From NCBI GenBank assembly GCA_963717435.1, contig OY970332.1:352001-416000 (forward strand): a stretch of 64,000 nucleotides of DNA, given 5' to 3'. Source of the DNA: an uncultured bacterium. GTDB lineage: Bacteria > Babelota > Babeliae > Babelales > Babelaceae. The notes beneath the pieces were generated by a model that did no database searches, had not been told where the DNA came from, and saw nothing but the letters and a program-made list of their open reading frames with translations. Each line of letters begins with the position of its first letter. Positions within the stretch are counted from its first letter, which is position 1. Both the position numbers and the translations under genes were made by a program. Below, piece after piece: positions 52,267-61,884 of this stretch.

Positions 52267-53256
52267 CTAATTATTTAAAGATAGCTTATCGATCAAGATG
52301 TTAAAGTCTTCTGGCATATTTTCGGTGAATTTATAGTCTTGGCCCATAAAATTAAACTTTAAACTGTAAGCGTGAAGTGCTTGTCTTGAGATTAACTCTG
52401 ATTTAATTCCATAAACCGCGTCACCAATTAATGGGTGTGAAATCGCTGCAAAATGGACACGGATCTGATGGGTTCTGCCAGTAACTGGACTTGCTTCTAT
52501 TAACGATGCGTTATTAAGATGCTTTAAAGTTTTATAATTTGTTAAAGACTGTCGACCTGCGCCGTTAGTGTGGGTCATCTTGTGGCTGTGAACAGTATGT
52601 CTTTTAATATTAAAATCTATAGAAGATTCTAATTCTGTGTGGCCATTAACTACAGCTAGATACTTTTTGTGAATTAGCCTATTTTTGAACATATCTGAAA
52701 ATATTTCGTGTGAGTACCCTGAACGGGCGATAATCATGATTCCGGATGTGTCTTTGTCCAACCTATGAACTATGCCGGGCCTGTCGCCAATTCCAACAGA
52801 AGCGAGTTCTTTATAATTTAATAATAACCAGTCGACCAAGTTTGGAGAATTATCATCTTTGTTTGCTTTGTGGACTATTAATCCTGCAGGCTTAAAAACT
52901 ATTAAAAAGTGTTCGTGTTCAAACACTGTTTTGACGTTTATAAAAGCCGGATTATTAGTTTCTTGCTTAGATTCAGCAACCTGTCTTTCTGGAACACTAA
53001 CTGTGATATTATCTCCAAGTTTAACAGATGCGCTGTGTTTGGTTGCCTTACGACCATTAATTTCAACATGGCCATGGGTTATCAGCTTTTGAAAGAAGCT
53101 ACGAGAAGTACCTTCAAAATTTTGCGCCAAATAGTTGTCCAAGCGCATTACAGATATAATATCTGAGTTTTCTGAGCTTATGGATTCTTGGGATAGTGCT
53201 TGTAAATTTTCAACTTTGATGCCATAAGATTGGCCGGGTATGATGATAGACTCCAT
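52267..53256 (-). CDS. rluD: RluD/RluA-family 23S rRNA pseudouridine synthase
   Basis: S4 domain (RLDNYL), KPAGLIVH, HRLDKDTSG, TGRTHQIRVH, QALHA. Confidence 0.9.
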   Translation of the reverse strand: MESIIIPGQSYGIKVENLQALSQESISSENSDIISVMRLDNYLAQNFEGTSRSFFQKLITHGHVEINGRKATKHSASVKLGDNITVSVPERQVAESKQETNNPAFINVKTVFEHEHFLIVFKPAGLIVHKANKDDNSPNLVDWLLLNYKELASVGIGDRPGIVHRLDKDTSGIMIIARSGYSHEIFSDMFKNRLIHKKYLAVVNGHTELESSIDFNIKRHTVHSHKMTHTNGAGRQSLTNYKTLKHLNNASLIEASPVTGRTHQIRVHFAAISHPLIGDAVYGIKSELISRQALHAYSLKFNFMGQDYKFTENMPEDFNILIDKLSLNN

Positions 53257-53423
53257 TTTTGTCTCTCTTGTAGTTTATTTTATTGCTATAATTTCAGGGT
53301 AATTGCAGAATTTTACAAAGTCAAATGGACAGGCTAAAATTAATCGGTTACCCTTAGTCTTAAAATAGCTTAAATAAGCAGATAAATCCCAATTTTTAGC
53401 GCCTATAATTCGGAGTTTTTCTT

Positions 53424-54782
53424 ATGATAACCAATAAAATCTTTGAACAGATCAGATCACACATTGATGAAGTGGTTGAACGACAAACCGAGCTTGGCGT
53501 TTATCTTTGGCAAGAACTTTTAAAATCCCACCCTGCAGATATAGCCGAATTTCTGGGAAGTATTAATAGAGAAGATTGCAAAAAGTTGTTCTCAGAATTC
53601 CCTGAAATATTAAAAATTAACGTTTTTGAATATCTTTCAAACCCAACAAAAGTAACGTGCTTGTCATTCTTAAGCGACACAGACAGAAGTGCGATATTAA
53701 ACAAATTATCTATAGATGAGCTTACAGACTTCTTTGATGACCTATCTGATGACGAACTAAAAAATTATTTGAGACTATTACACAAAAAAGATAAAGAGCT
53801 TGTGGTCTCACTTTTGCAATTCGGACCAGATACCGCCGGTGGCATTATGGACACCCAAGTTATGACTTTAATGCAAGATTTTACAATCGAAAAAAGTATA
53901 CAGATACTCCAAAGACTGCAACCAAGTCGCGAACTTCACCAAGAGATTTATGTAACTGATCAGAATAACGAACTTGTGGGTCATATAAAATTAGAAGACT
54001 TGGTGCTAAAAAATCCCAAAGAAAGACTTTCTTCGATCTTGCGCCAAAACGAACTTGTAATTAACGTCGATGAAGACAAAGAAGCAATCGCTCAAAACAT
54101 GATCCACTACCACTTAATGACCGTTCCTGTTGTGGGAAATAATAATCAGTTTTTGGGTATAATTCCAAGTGAAACGCTTGTTGAAGTTATCGAAGAAGAG
54201 GCAGCAGAGGACGTATACAGAATTTCTGCTATGACAAATATTAAAGAGTCTTATTTTGAGACATCTTTTTTTAGTCTGTTTTGGCAAAGAAGTTCAATTT
54301 TATTAATACTTCTACTTGCACAGTCACTTTCAAGCATGATAATCAAAAGCTACGAAGCGATATTAATGGGCTTCAGTTTGTTTTCTTTTATTACAATGTT
54401 AACCAGTACAGGCGGCAACACAAGCAGCCAAACTTCAGCTATTGTTATCAAGGGGATCGCATCAGGAGAAATTAATAAGTCAAACACAAGCAAATTTCTT
54501 TTAAGAGAGTTTACAATGGCAGGTCTTATAGCTCTGTCGCTTTCTGTATTTTCGTTTGCCAGAATCTATTTTGTGTCCCAAAATCTAATAAGCAGCTTGA
54601 TAGTTAGCTCGTCACTTTTTGCAATTGTATTATGTTCTGTGGTTCTTGGCAGCTGCGTGCCACTATTACTTAAAAGATTTAATGTCGACCCTGCGCTATC
54701 AGCAGGACCATTCTTGGCTACATTTATGGACGTAATAGGCTTGTTTATTTACTGTTCTATAAGCCAACTAATTTTGGGTTAA
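53424..54782 (+). CDS. mgtE: Magnesium transporter MgtE
   Basis: HPADIAE, TAGGIM, CBS pair, GGNTSSQ, DPALSAGPFLATFMDVIG. Confidence 0.92.
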   Translation: MITNKIFEQIRSHIDEVVERQTELGVYLWQELLKSHPADIAEFLGSINREDCKKLFSEFPEILKINVFEYLSNPTKVTCLSFLSDTDRSAILNKLSIDELTDFFDDLSDDELKNYLRLLHKKDKELVVSLLQFGPDTAGGIMDTQVMTLMQDFTIEKSIQILQRLQPSRELHQEIYVTDQNNELVGHIKLEDLVLKNPKERLSSILRQNELVINVDEDKEAIAQNMIHYHLMTVPVVGNNNQFLGIIPSETLVEVIEEEAAEDVYRISAMTNIKESYFETSFFSLFWQRSSILLILLLAQSLSSMIIKSYEAILMGFSLFSFITMLTSTGGNTSSQTSAIVIKGIASGEINKSNTSKFLLREFTMAGLIALSLSVFSFARIYFVSQNLISSLIVSSSLFAIVLCSVVLGSCVPLLLKRFNVDPALSAGPFLATFMDVIGLFIYCSISQLILG

Positions 54783-54857
54783 GTTTTTTACAAAATTAAT
54801 AATTTTTTTAAATTGGGTCACAAAATCAAAGTTTTTTGCAATATTACAGCATTTTTC

Positions 54858-54886
54858 TTGACAAATAAGCCCCTGATCTATACCTT
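54858..54886 (+). promoter_or_regulatory. tRNA operon promoter
   Basis: TTGACA-17 bp-TACCTT upstream of tRNA-Lys. Confidence 0.55.
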
Positions 54887-54904
54887 ATTAATTACTTATT
54901 TTTA

Positions 54905-54980
54905 GAGCCGCTAGCTCAGTCGGTAGAGCAACAGCCTTTTAAGCTGTGGGTCGTTGGTTCGATTCCAACGCGGCTCACCA
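54905..54980 (+). tRNA. tRNA-Lys(UUU)
   Basis: Cloverleaf: acceptor gagccgc/gcggctc, anticodon loop CTTTTAA, GGTTCGATTCC, encoded CCA. Confidence 0.97.
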
Positions 54981-55096
54981 TTCATTTCCAGTGGAAATGA
55001 ATGGCAGGCCAGTCTGAATTGAAAGACAGCCAAAAAAACCTGAAAATAAGCTCAGTTTGAAATCAAGATATTCTAAATTCATATAGAATAAATTCC

Positions 55097-55174
55097 GTCC
55101 CTATCGTCTAGCCCGGTCCAGGACGTCGCCCTTTCACGGCGAAAACAGGGGTTCGAATCCCCTTAGGGACGCCA
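55097..55174 (+). tRNA. tRNA-Glu(UUC)
   Basis: Acceptor gtcccta/tagggac, anticodon loop CTTTCAC, GGTTCGAATCC, encoded CCA. Confidence 0.97.
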
Positions 55175-56632
55175 TACTTGATCATCCGAACATTTTAGGA
55201 TGAGATCGAATGGCGTTTGCGCGATGTAATCGATGTTTTCACCTTTCACCGTCAAGTTCGATAGTATAAATTTGATTAATTGCCTTTTTTCCTCAACTTC
55301 AGAACTCACAAAAAGATCATGCGCTTCGCTTGCTATCTTCAGCAGGCACTTTGTCGTAATATAATAGTTATCTTCTGCATCTTGTAATTGTTCAAGTCTT
55401 ATAGAAATATCTGTGATTTGATCTCTAAAGGTTTGGTAAAATCTGTCATACTCGCTATCAGTAATACGCCCTTTGAGTTTATCAAGATAAAGATTATCCA
55501 TCATTTTGCTTATTGTTTTTTGCTCCCTAGTGAGATTCTCAAACTGCTGAGTTTGAAATTCAACCTTGTTTTGATGGAGCTCGCTTAAAGTATCAATAAC
55601 CTGCTTTGCAATATCTTTGGGCATTTGAAGATTCTTAAAAACTCTTTCAAGTTGTCTGGTTATCTCTTCTTCTCGCAACCATGTTGCATCATGTTTGCCA
55701 TTATATTGCGTGCAATGGTAGTAAACAAATCCTTTATGCTTTTCTGGGGTTATGGCTAAACCACAATCTGCGCAACGCATAAGACCTCGATAGATATATG
55801 GCTTACCCGCATATTTAATTGGCTTCTTATTAAAACTTGTTTTAATTTTTTGAACTTTTTCAAAAAGCGCTAAATTAATAAGTGGCGGATATTTATGAGG
55901 ATAAGTTTTTCCTTTGACTACCATAATGCCATAGTAAAAGTGATTATTAAATACTTTATCAATATAGCTAACTCTCCAATCAAGACCATAATCTCTTTTA
56001 ATTTTTTGCATAATAAGAGCCATTGAATAAGCTCCAGTTGCATAAAGCTCAAAAGCATTCTTAACAATCTGCGATGCCATATTCATCAACAATAATATCT
56101 GTTTTATCACCGGTCAAGTAGCAATATTTTTATAGCCATAAGGAGCTTTGGCAAGCCATTCACCTTTACGAAGCTTTTGCTCCATAGCTCGTTTAACATT
56201 GTCTCTGATAGCATCTGAATAATATTTTGCTAATCCAAGACTGATCCCAAATTGAAATTTTTCTACAGCAGAAATTCTGCTATTAATTATTTGACCATCA
56301 GAAACAAAATGAAGTTCTATTTCATCATTTAATGCTTTTTCATAAAGAGTAGAGATACTCGTTTATCAAACATATTGCGTGAAAGTCTATCTACTTTATC
56401 GCAGCAAACAGCAATCTTTTCTTTTTGCTCGATTAATAAAATCAATTATCCGATCAAATTCTGCTCTGTTGATCTTTATAAGCACTTTCATCAAAGCTAC
56501 AAACTCTTTATAATATGTCAAAGCCTTTACTTTTGGCAATAATTTTCAAGTCTTGCTAATTTGAGCTGGTAACGAAAGCCCTGCTTCTTTTTGTTCTTCG
56601 GTACTAACACGGGCTATTATAATTGCTTGCAT
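55163..56632 (-). pseudogene. Large serine recombinase, frameshifted in the N-terminal part
   Basis: MQAIIIARVSTEEQ at 56632; DKVDRLSRN; Zn-ribbon CADCG...YYHC and coiled coil in ORF 55163..56110. Stop codon lies inside tRNA-Glu. Confidence 0.85.
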
Positions 56633-56752
56633 GATGCAGCTTTCAGCAATGTTGTTGTGCAATTTTTATATCTATTATTATACCATAAAATGGGATATTT
56701 CTGGAGTAAAAAAGTGTGGAGTTTTGAATTTCAGAACTGTTAATTTTACGCA

Positions 56753-56786
56753 TTAAAATTCCCTCGATTTCTCGAGGGAATTTTAA
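56753..56786. terminator. Hairpin downstream of ORF 56824..57858
   Basis: ttaaaattccctcga-tttc-tcgagggaattttaa. Confidence 0.6.
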
Positions 56787-56823
56787 GTTGCTCAAAAAAT
56801 ATTTAAATAATTTTGTATCGAAT

Positions 56824-57858
56824 TCAAACCTCGTTGTTGCTCTTTTCTAATATTCTATCAAGCTGGTCAGAGAGTTCTCTAAGATCTAAGCTATAAGAAT
56901 AGCTCGATAGGGATTTTTTTATCGGTAAATTGTCTAGTAAGGCAATTAATTCTGCATCAGAAAGATCACTTAATGTTTTTTCAAGGTAGGTAAAAATTTC
57001 TTTCGTTGAAGAAAGTCGCCCAATAAATCCATATTTATTGTAAAGCCCAATTGATTCAAATTTTTGTATTGCAGCAAATAATAATAATTTACAATTAGCT
57101 ATTGAAGGGACTATAAGAGTACCTTGCTTAATTGGAAGAGAAATTCTCGCAGATTGTAATGCAGAAGACTTAGTAGAAACCTTTCTGCAAAAAAGGTGTT
57201 TAGCATATAAATTTTGGGAATTGCGTATTTGATTACCAAAATATTCCAATATCTTTGGAGGAATTTGCTGAATATCTGGTGTATGTATTCCTGCTAATAA
57301 TGCATGCTCTTTTTTTTCAGGAGCAAATGTATGCAAATATTTGATAAATTCTTCGTCCGTTTCATTTTGTGGGTACAAATGTCCGAATTTGTATTTAAAA
57401 TACTCATACATAATTTTTAAATTACGAACAATAAGTATATATCGTGTTCTATTCACGTAATAATCCACCACATTCATTAACTTATTTGTATGAGTGCTAA
57501 ATTTTTTTGCTTGCGGCCCACAGTATATTATTTCTTCTGATAACAAATTTTTTATAGCCATAGCTAATACTAAAGGATTAACTTCTGCTTGCTCTTTATC
57601 ATCACACGACAATAAAATAATTGGATTTATTTCGTTCAAAGCATTATAGCAATCACATAGAGAATCTAATTCAGTTGATAAACAGTGTAATTTTTGAGCA
57701 CGATATTGCTCATCATCAGCTGGAAGTAATAATTTGGAGAATGCCGCTTCTTGTTCTTGTACTTGCAAATCAACGTTAGTTGTATTGTCTTGTTCCATGC
57801 AACAGCCTGTCCTTGCTGTACTTATTGCTATTAACGTAACCATAACAACATAGTTCAT
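56824..57858 (-). CDS. Hypothetical exported protein (island cargo)
   Basis: AAGGA RBS; signal peptide + MEQDN. Confidence 0.65.
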   Translation of the reverse strand: MNYVVMVTLIAISTARTGCCMEQDNTTNVDLQVQEQEAAFSKLLLPADDEQYRAQKLHCLSTELDSLCDCYNALNEINPIILLSCDDKEQAEVNPLVLAMAIKNLLSEEIIYCGPQAKKFSTHTNKLMNVVDYYVNRTRYILIVRNLKIMYEYFKYKFGHLYPQNETDEEFIKYLHTFAPEKKEHALLAGIHTPDIQQIPPKILEYFGNQIRNSQNLYAKHLFCRKVSTKSSALQSARISLPIKQGTLIVPSIANCKLLLFAAIQKFESIGLYNKYGFIGRLSSTKEIFTYLEKTLSDLSDAELIALLDNLPIKKSLSSYSYSLDLRELSDQLDRILEKSNNEV

Positions 57859-57971
57859 TAAAATATCCTTTTTAATAAATTATTAACACATGTTTTACTT
57901 AAAAAATCAGTATAAATCTACGAGATACAATTTCCAATATTATAAAATTTTTTTAAATTTATCCAACACGT

Positions 57972-59096
57972 TCAATTGCTAGAAATTTTTAATATCCTTG
58001 AATTCAACAAATACTCTCTTAAAATACTTAAAGGCGTGCTTGGTATTGACAATTTAATTTTATTGGCATCGGTCATAAGCCGGCTCCAGCTTCGTTGGCT
58101 CTGCTTAGAAAAAATTGCCCTTAATTCACGGGCATTAAAAGATTCTAAAGCTTTTTTTAACCCAAACATTTGCAAAATCTGCTTTGGGCTCAGTTCAGGA
58201 TTATTAATGATAAGTGTTGTAAGCAAAGATTTATCATTAGATGGTTTATAATCGAGCAAGACTGAACGTTTGCTTTCAAGCTCGTCAATATAATGCAAAA
58301 GTATTTTCTTTGAGATAGCAGGCTTAAAAAGGCTCTTAAGCGATAAATCTGATTTAATATTAAGTGTTTTTAAAAGTTGTTTTATCTTTTGTCGTTTGTT
58401 TAAACGCACTTCCATTCGTAAGATTTCTAATTTATTTCTTTTTTTAAAAGCATCAAAAAGTGAAAGCTGTAAAGCACTATCTTTTTCTAAAGATCTTTTA
58501 CTGCTTTGTTTAGCTTTTTCAAGATCTTTAATCTTGTCGTAAAAGACAACCTCATAGGAGTTGCAATGCCATCTATAACTGTGCCCGTCGTTGCGATAAT
58601 CAGTTTGATTAACATCAAGAGATAGCTTGATGTTTGCTTCTTTGATCTTATTAATAAAGTGATAAGGTATCGAGCCGTCATTTAACTGGATATTTTTTGA
58701 ATAATGAATAGCAGAGATAGGCGCTTTTGAAATGTTCTCCTGAGAGGTCTTAATGCCCATTGTTTCTAAGACCAGCACTAGTTTATTAAGAACTAATTTG
58801 AAATCTTTAAGCTGAAGCTCATTAAAATTGTTACCAAATAATAGCTTGGGCAATGATAACTCAACTTTTAAAAACATCTCAGGTTTACCAGCTAAATTAA
58901 CTCTATTAAAAAGTGTGAGTCGTGGCTTATAAATGCCTTTGAGAAGCTCTTTTCTTGTTGGATTTTGTTTTGATTGAAGACCCAAAACATACCCAGAATT
59001 TTCTTTTAAAGCCCATCTTGCGGACGGCAAAAACTTATCAGGATCGCTGATATCAAACGTGTCTTTGCTTAATGTTAAAACTACGGTGTCGATCAT
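57972..59096 (-). CDS. Putative replication initiator (phage/plasmid gII/X-like rolling-circle type)
   Basis: MIDTVVL start; SLPKLLFGNN, VFYDK, LRMEVRL motifs. The ORF track extends the frame to 59366. Confidence 0.55.
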   Translation of the reverse strand: MIDTVVLTLSKDTFDISDPDKFLPSARWALKENSGYVLGLQSKQNPTRKELLKGIYKPRLTLFNRVNLAGKPEMFLKVELSLPKLLFGNNFNELQLKDFKLVLNKLVLVLETMGIKTSQENISKAPISAIHYSKNIQLNDGSIPYHFINKIKEANIKLSLDVNQTDYRNDGHSYRWHCNSYEVVFYDKIKDLEKAKQSSKRSLEKDSALQLSLFDAFKKRNKLEILRMEVRLNKRQKIKQLLKTLNIKSDLSLKSLFKPAISKKILLHYIDELESKRSVLLDYKPSNDKSLLTTLIINNPELSPKQILQMFGLKKALESFNARELRAIFSKQSQRSWSRLMTDANKIKLSIPSTPLSILREYLLNSRILKISSN

Positions 59097-59800
59097 ATAA
59101 CAAGTTTTTAGCGAGATAAATTTGGTAAAAAATATTTTGTAATTACTTAAAGATACAGGATTTATTAAGAAAAAATAAGCAAAAAAAGACTCGCGTTTTG
59201 CGAGTCGATCTCTAGGTTTTGCTTTTGTTTTTTTCGCCTTCCTAGCTTTAGATTTTTCCTTTTTTACACGGTTATTGACTTCAATAAGTATAATAAAAAA
59301 ATCTGCAAGTCGTTTACGATCAGCAAAAGACAAAACCATCGGAGCTGGTAAAGTCTTTTTAAGCATATAAATACCTTATGGTCTTAAATTCATAAAACCA
59401 AAAATAAATTATTAAAAAAATTATTAACTAGATTTATTAAACTGGAGAAGCTTACTTACTGAGTAAGCCTAAATTTAGATATAGACAAATTTCAGTAGAG
59501 TTGCTTTTCACAAGCTTATCGGAGAATGTTTGATTCAGGCTCGTTGTCCTGAGGAGTTGTGTGAAAGTCATGATACTCTTCTTAATTATTAAAAAATGTT
59601 TTATTAACATCGTGGATACTATATATACAAAATAAATAATTGCAAGAAAATATTTCAATAATCGCCTCTATCGCCGGCTTGGCGAGCTTCACCCTACTCA
59701 AAACACTATTATTAGATTAATTACTAGTCATAGCTTAAAATTAGTTCGTTAATTTTTGAGATTCTTTAAACATTAAATTTATTTTTTAGGATAAAAGATT

Positions 59801-60535
59801 ATGAGAGATTCATTTAAAAAAACGGCTGAGACAAATACACAATATGTAAATGAAAATATGCCTGAATTAATCACAGGCGCTTGGCAATTGGCCTCTAGAG
59901 TCAACGGGCAAATAGACATTTGCTCAGGATTAGTGGCCCATGATAAAAGAAAGTCAGATTTGATGATTATGATGAGCAACTCAGTTTCTGACATATGTTG
60001 TTGTTTAGATGGATTGGAACGGGGACATGATAGGACCATCGAAAATAATTTGCGTATGATATTTGAGGATTTTTACAGCGTCCTATACATGAGTGAAAAC
60101 GAAAAGGCATATAATGATTTTGTTAAAAGCGATCTAACTCTAAATGATGCTTTATTATTTTCCAAAAGGCAGCCTGGTTTCGAAAAATTTGGTTCTCTTT
60201 ATGGCTTACAATCCAAAGTAGCGCACCATTACCAAAACTATAATTTATTGGCACGACAAATTGTTTCTATTAATGAAAATGGCGAAGTGCTATTTTCACA
60301 TTTAAAATTAATTCAACACATAAAACTCACTGGTTTTTTATCAAAGCTTTTATCTATAACCTTTTTTTTGCGAGCCATTGGAGAATTAGCTGAAAAAATT
60401 TCTATCGACATACTAAAAGATCCTTATTTTTGGATAAAATCTGAAAATAATCTTGAAAGGAATTTTAATATAGAAGAACAACCCTTTTTAGAGGCACTTA
60501 TATCTAAATGGGAAGACAATTTTAAGGCAAAGTAG
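59801..60535 (+). CDS. Hypothetical protein flanked by inverted repeats
   Basis: 244-aa ORF; LRMIFE...YGLQSKVAH is loosely HEPN/DUF5677-like. Confidence 0.6.
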   Translation: MRDSFKKTAETNTQYVNENMPELITGAWQLASRVNGQIDICSGLVAHDKRKSDLMIMMSNSVSDICCCLDGLERGHDRTIENNLRMIFEDFYSVLYMSENEKAYNDFVKSDLTLNDALLFSKRQPGFEKFGSLYGLQSKVAHHYQNYNLLARQIVSINENGEVLFSHLKLIQHIKLTGFLSKLLSITFFLRAIGELAEKISIDILKDPYFWIKSENNLERNFNIEEQPFLEALISKWEDNFKAK

Positions 60536-60596
60536 GGTGAAAGCTCGCCGGAGGCATTTTCTTACTCCGGCAGTTATTGTTCTTTAATTTTAGTTT

Positions 60597-60926
60597 TTAT
60601 TTTTTTGATGACTTATTAATATTTGATTTTGATTTTGGGATACTCACCAAATTCATGTTAACCTTTTTTCCCAAAACAGAAGCTGCGCGATCCAGGGTCA
60701 AAAGCGTAACAGAATAATTTTCTGGATCGAGTAATCTTTGAAGTCCAGAACGACTAGTTTTAAGCTGTTGGGCCATTTCTGTTTGAGTGATATCCATCTT
60801 TTCCATATATTGTCTTAAATTTCTAGAAATTACAGCTTTAACGGCTGCAACATTTACTTCTTCAAGAATACCTTCTTGTTCAAGGAAGCTTTCAAAACTT
60901 GATCCAATATGTTTTTTTTTATTCAT
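60597..60926 (-). CDS. XRE-family HTH antitoxin (HigA-like)
   Basis: HIGSSFESFL, TQTEMAQQLKTSRS..RLLDP, VTLLTL.RAA. Confidence 0.85.
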   Translation of the reverse strand: MNKKKHIGSSFESFLEQEGILEEVNVAAVKAVISRNLRQYMEKMDITQTEMAQQLKTSRSGLQRLLDPENYSVTLLTLDRAASVLGKKVNMNLVSIPKSKSNINKSSKK

Positions 60927-60933
60927 AACTCAC

Positions 60934-61272
60934 CTATAAATTTTTAGCTCTTTTTCTTGCTATTTCAATATCTTGCGCTGGCGTTTTTTGTGTTTTTTTT
61001 ATAAATCCATGAAGTAAAATTATTGCACCATCATCAAACACAAACAGTATACGTGAAATACGATTTTCTAAATTACTTCTAATTTCCCATAAGCCCTTGC
61101 TTAATGGACTTACCAAAGGGTAACCTACAGGCCAATCTATTTGTACAATTCTAATATCACCGCCAATAATTTTTCTATCTTCTTTAGATAACTCATAAAG
61201 CCATTTGCGAACAGGCTCATTGCCCGATTCTTCTTTGTAAAAATATACAGGGATTGTTTTTATAAATTCCAT
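60934..61272 (-). CDS. RelE/HigB-like toxin (Gp49/DUF891 type)
   Basis: FYKEESGNEPVRKWL, GLWEIR, LLHGFIKKTQKTP. Confidence 0.88.
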   Translation of the reverse strand: MEFIKTIPVYFYKEESGNEPVRKWLYELSKEDRKIIGGDIRIVQIDWPVGYPLVSPLSKGLWEIRSNLENRISRILFVFDDGAIILLHGFIKKTQKTPAQDIEIARKRAKNL

Positions 61273-61304
61273 CAAAACCTACCTTTTTAATTTTAGATAT
61301 TATC

Positions 61305-61328
61305 TATTGTACCAATTTTGGTACAATA
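61305..61328. promoter_or_regulatory. Palindromic operator upstream of the TA operon
   Basis: tattgtacca-attt-tggtacaata, ~30 bp upstream of the toxin start. Confidence 0.6.
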
Positions 61329-61543
61329 TCGCAAGTTTATATTTATATTTTTTTATCACTCTGGGAATGGCATTTTAAAGGATCTAAAAATGGTTTGTGT
61401 ATGCTGTAGACTCACTGTAAACTGAACTTTAGTATTTCGGAATGTTTCTACTATGTGACGCCATTCATTTTCTGCGAAAATGAATGGCAGGCCATCCTTA
61501 AATGACTTTTATCTAGCGACCTTCGTACTTAATTTTTTCAATT

Positions 61544-61792
61544 ATGTTTTATACATATTATCTTCGTTCCATTAATACTCCAGAAAAAACTTATATTGGT
61601 TTCACTAAAAACATTAAAGATCGATTAGCTGCTCATAATGCAGGGCGTTCTGTTTATACCAGCGATTATCGACCTTGGAGGTTGGAAGCATTTTTTGTTT
61701 TTGATACAGAATCAAAAGCTTTACGATTTGAATCATATCTTAAGACAAATGCCGGCAAGATTTTTTTAAAGCGTTATGTTATTGCGGAATAA
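61544..61792 (+). CDS. Small GIY-YIG nuclease
   Basis: YTYYLRS...YIGFT...RLAAHNAG...YRPW...FESYLK. Confidence 0.85.
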   Translation: MFYTYYLRSINTPEKTYIGFTKNIKDRLAAHNAGRSVYTSDYRPWRLEAFFVFDTESKALRFESYLKTNAGKIFLKRYVIAE

Positions 61793-61884
61793 ATAATTGT
61801 TGAATTAAGCTGGGAGCTTGTTATTCATATTGATGTAGTGATATGAATAAAGCATTTGCTAAGAAAAGACTCTGGTAGTAAAAT

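Larger units (their letters stand above)
55168..61463. mobile_element. Integrative element in the 3' end of tRNA-Glu (~6.3 kb)
   Basis: GACGCCA core at 55168-55174 and 61457-61463. The right copy is followed by the same hairpin that follows tRNA-Lys. Carries a serine recombinase, a Rep-like gene and a TA pair. Confidence 0.75.

Noticed and set aside
59097-59366. Basic N-terminal extension of the Rep-like ORF
   Set aside because: It contains a terminator-like hairpin (gactcgc-gtttt-gcgagtc). It is probably a leader or separate small ORF, and I cannot assign it.
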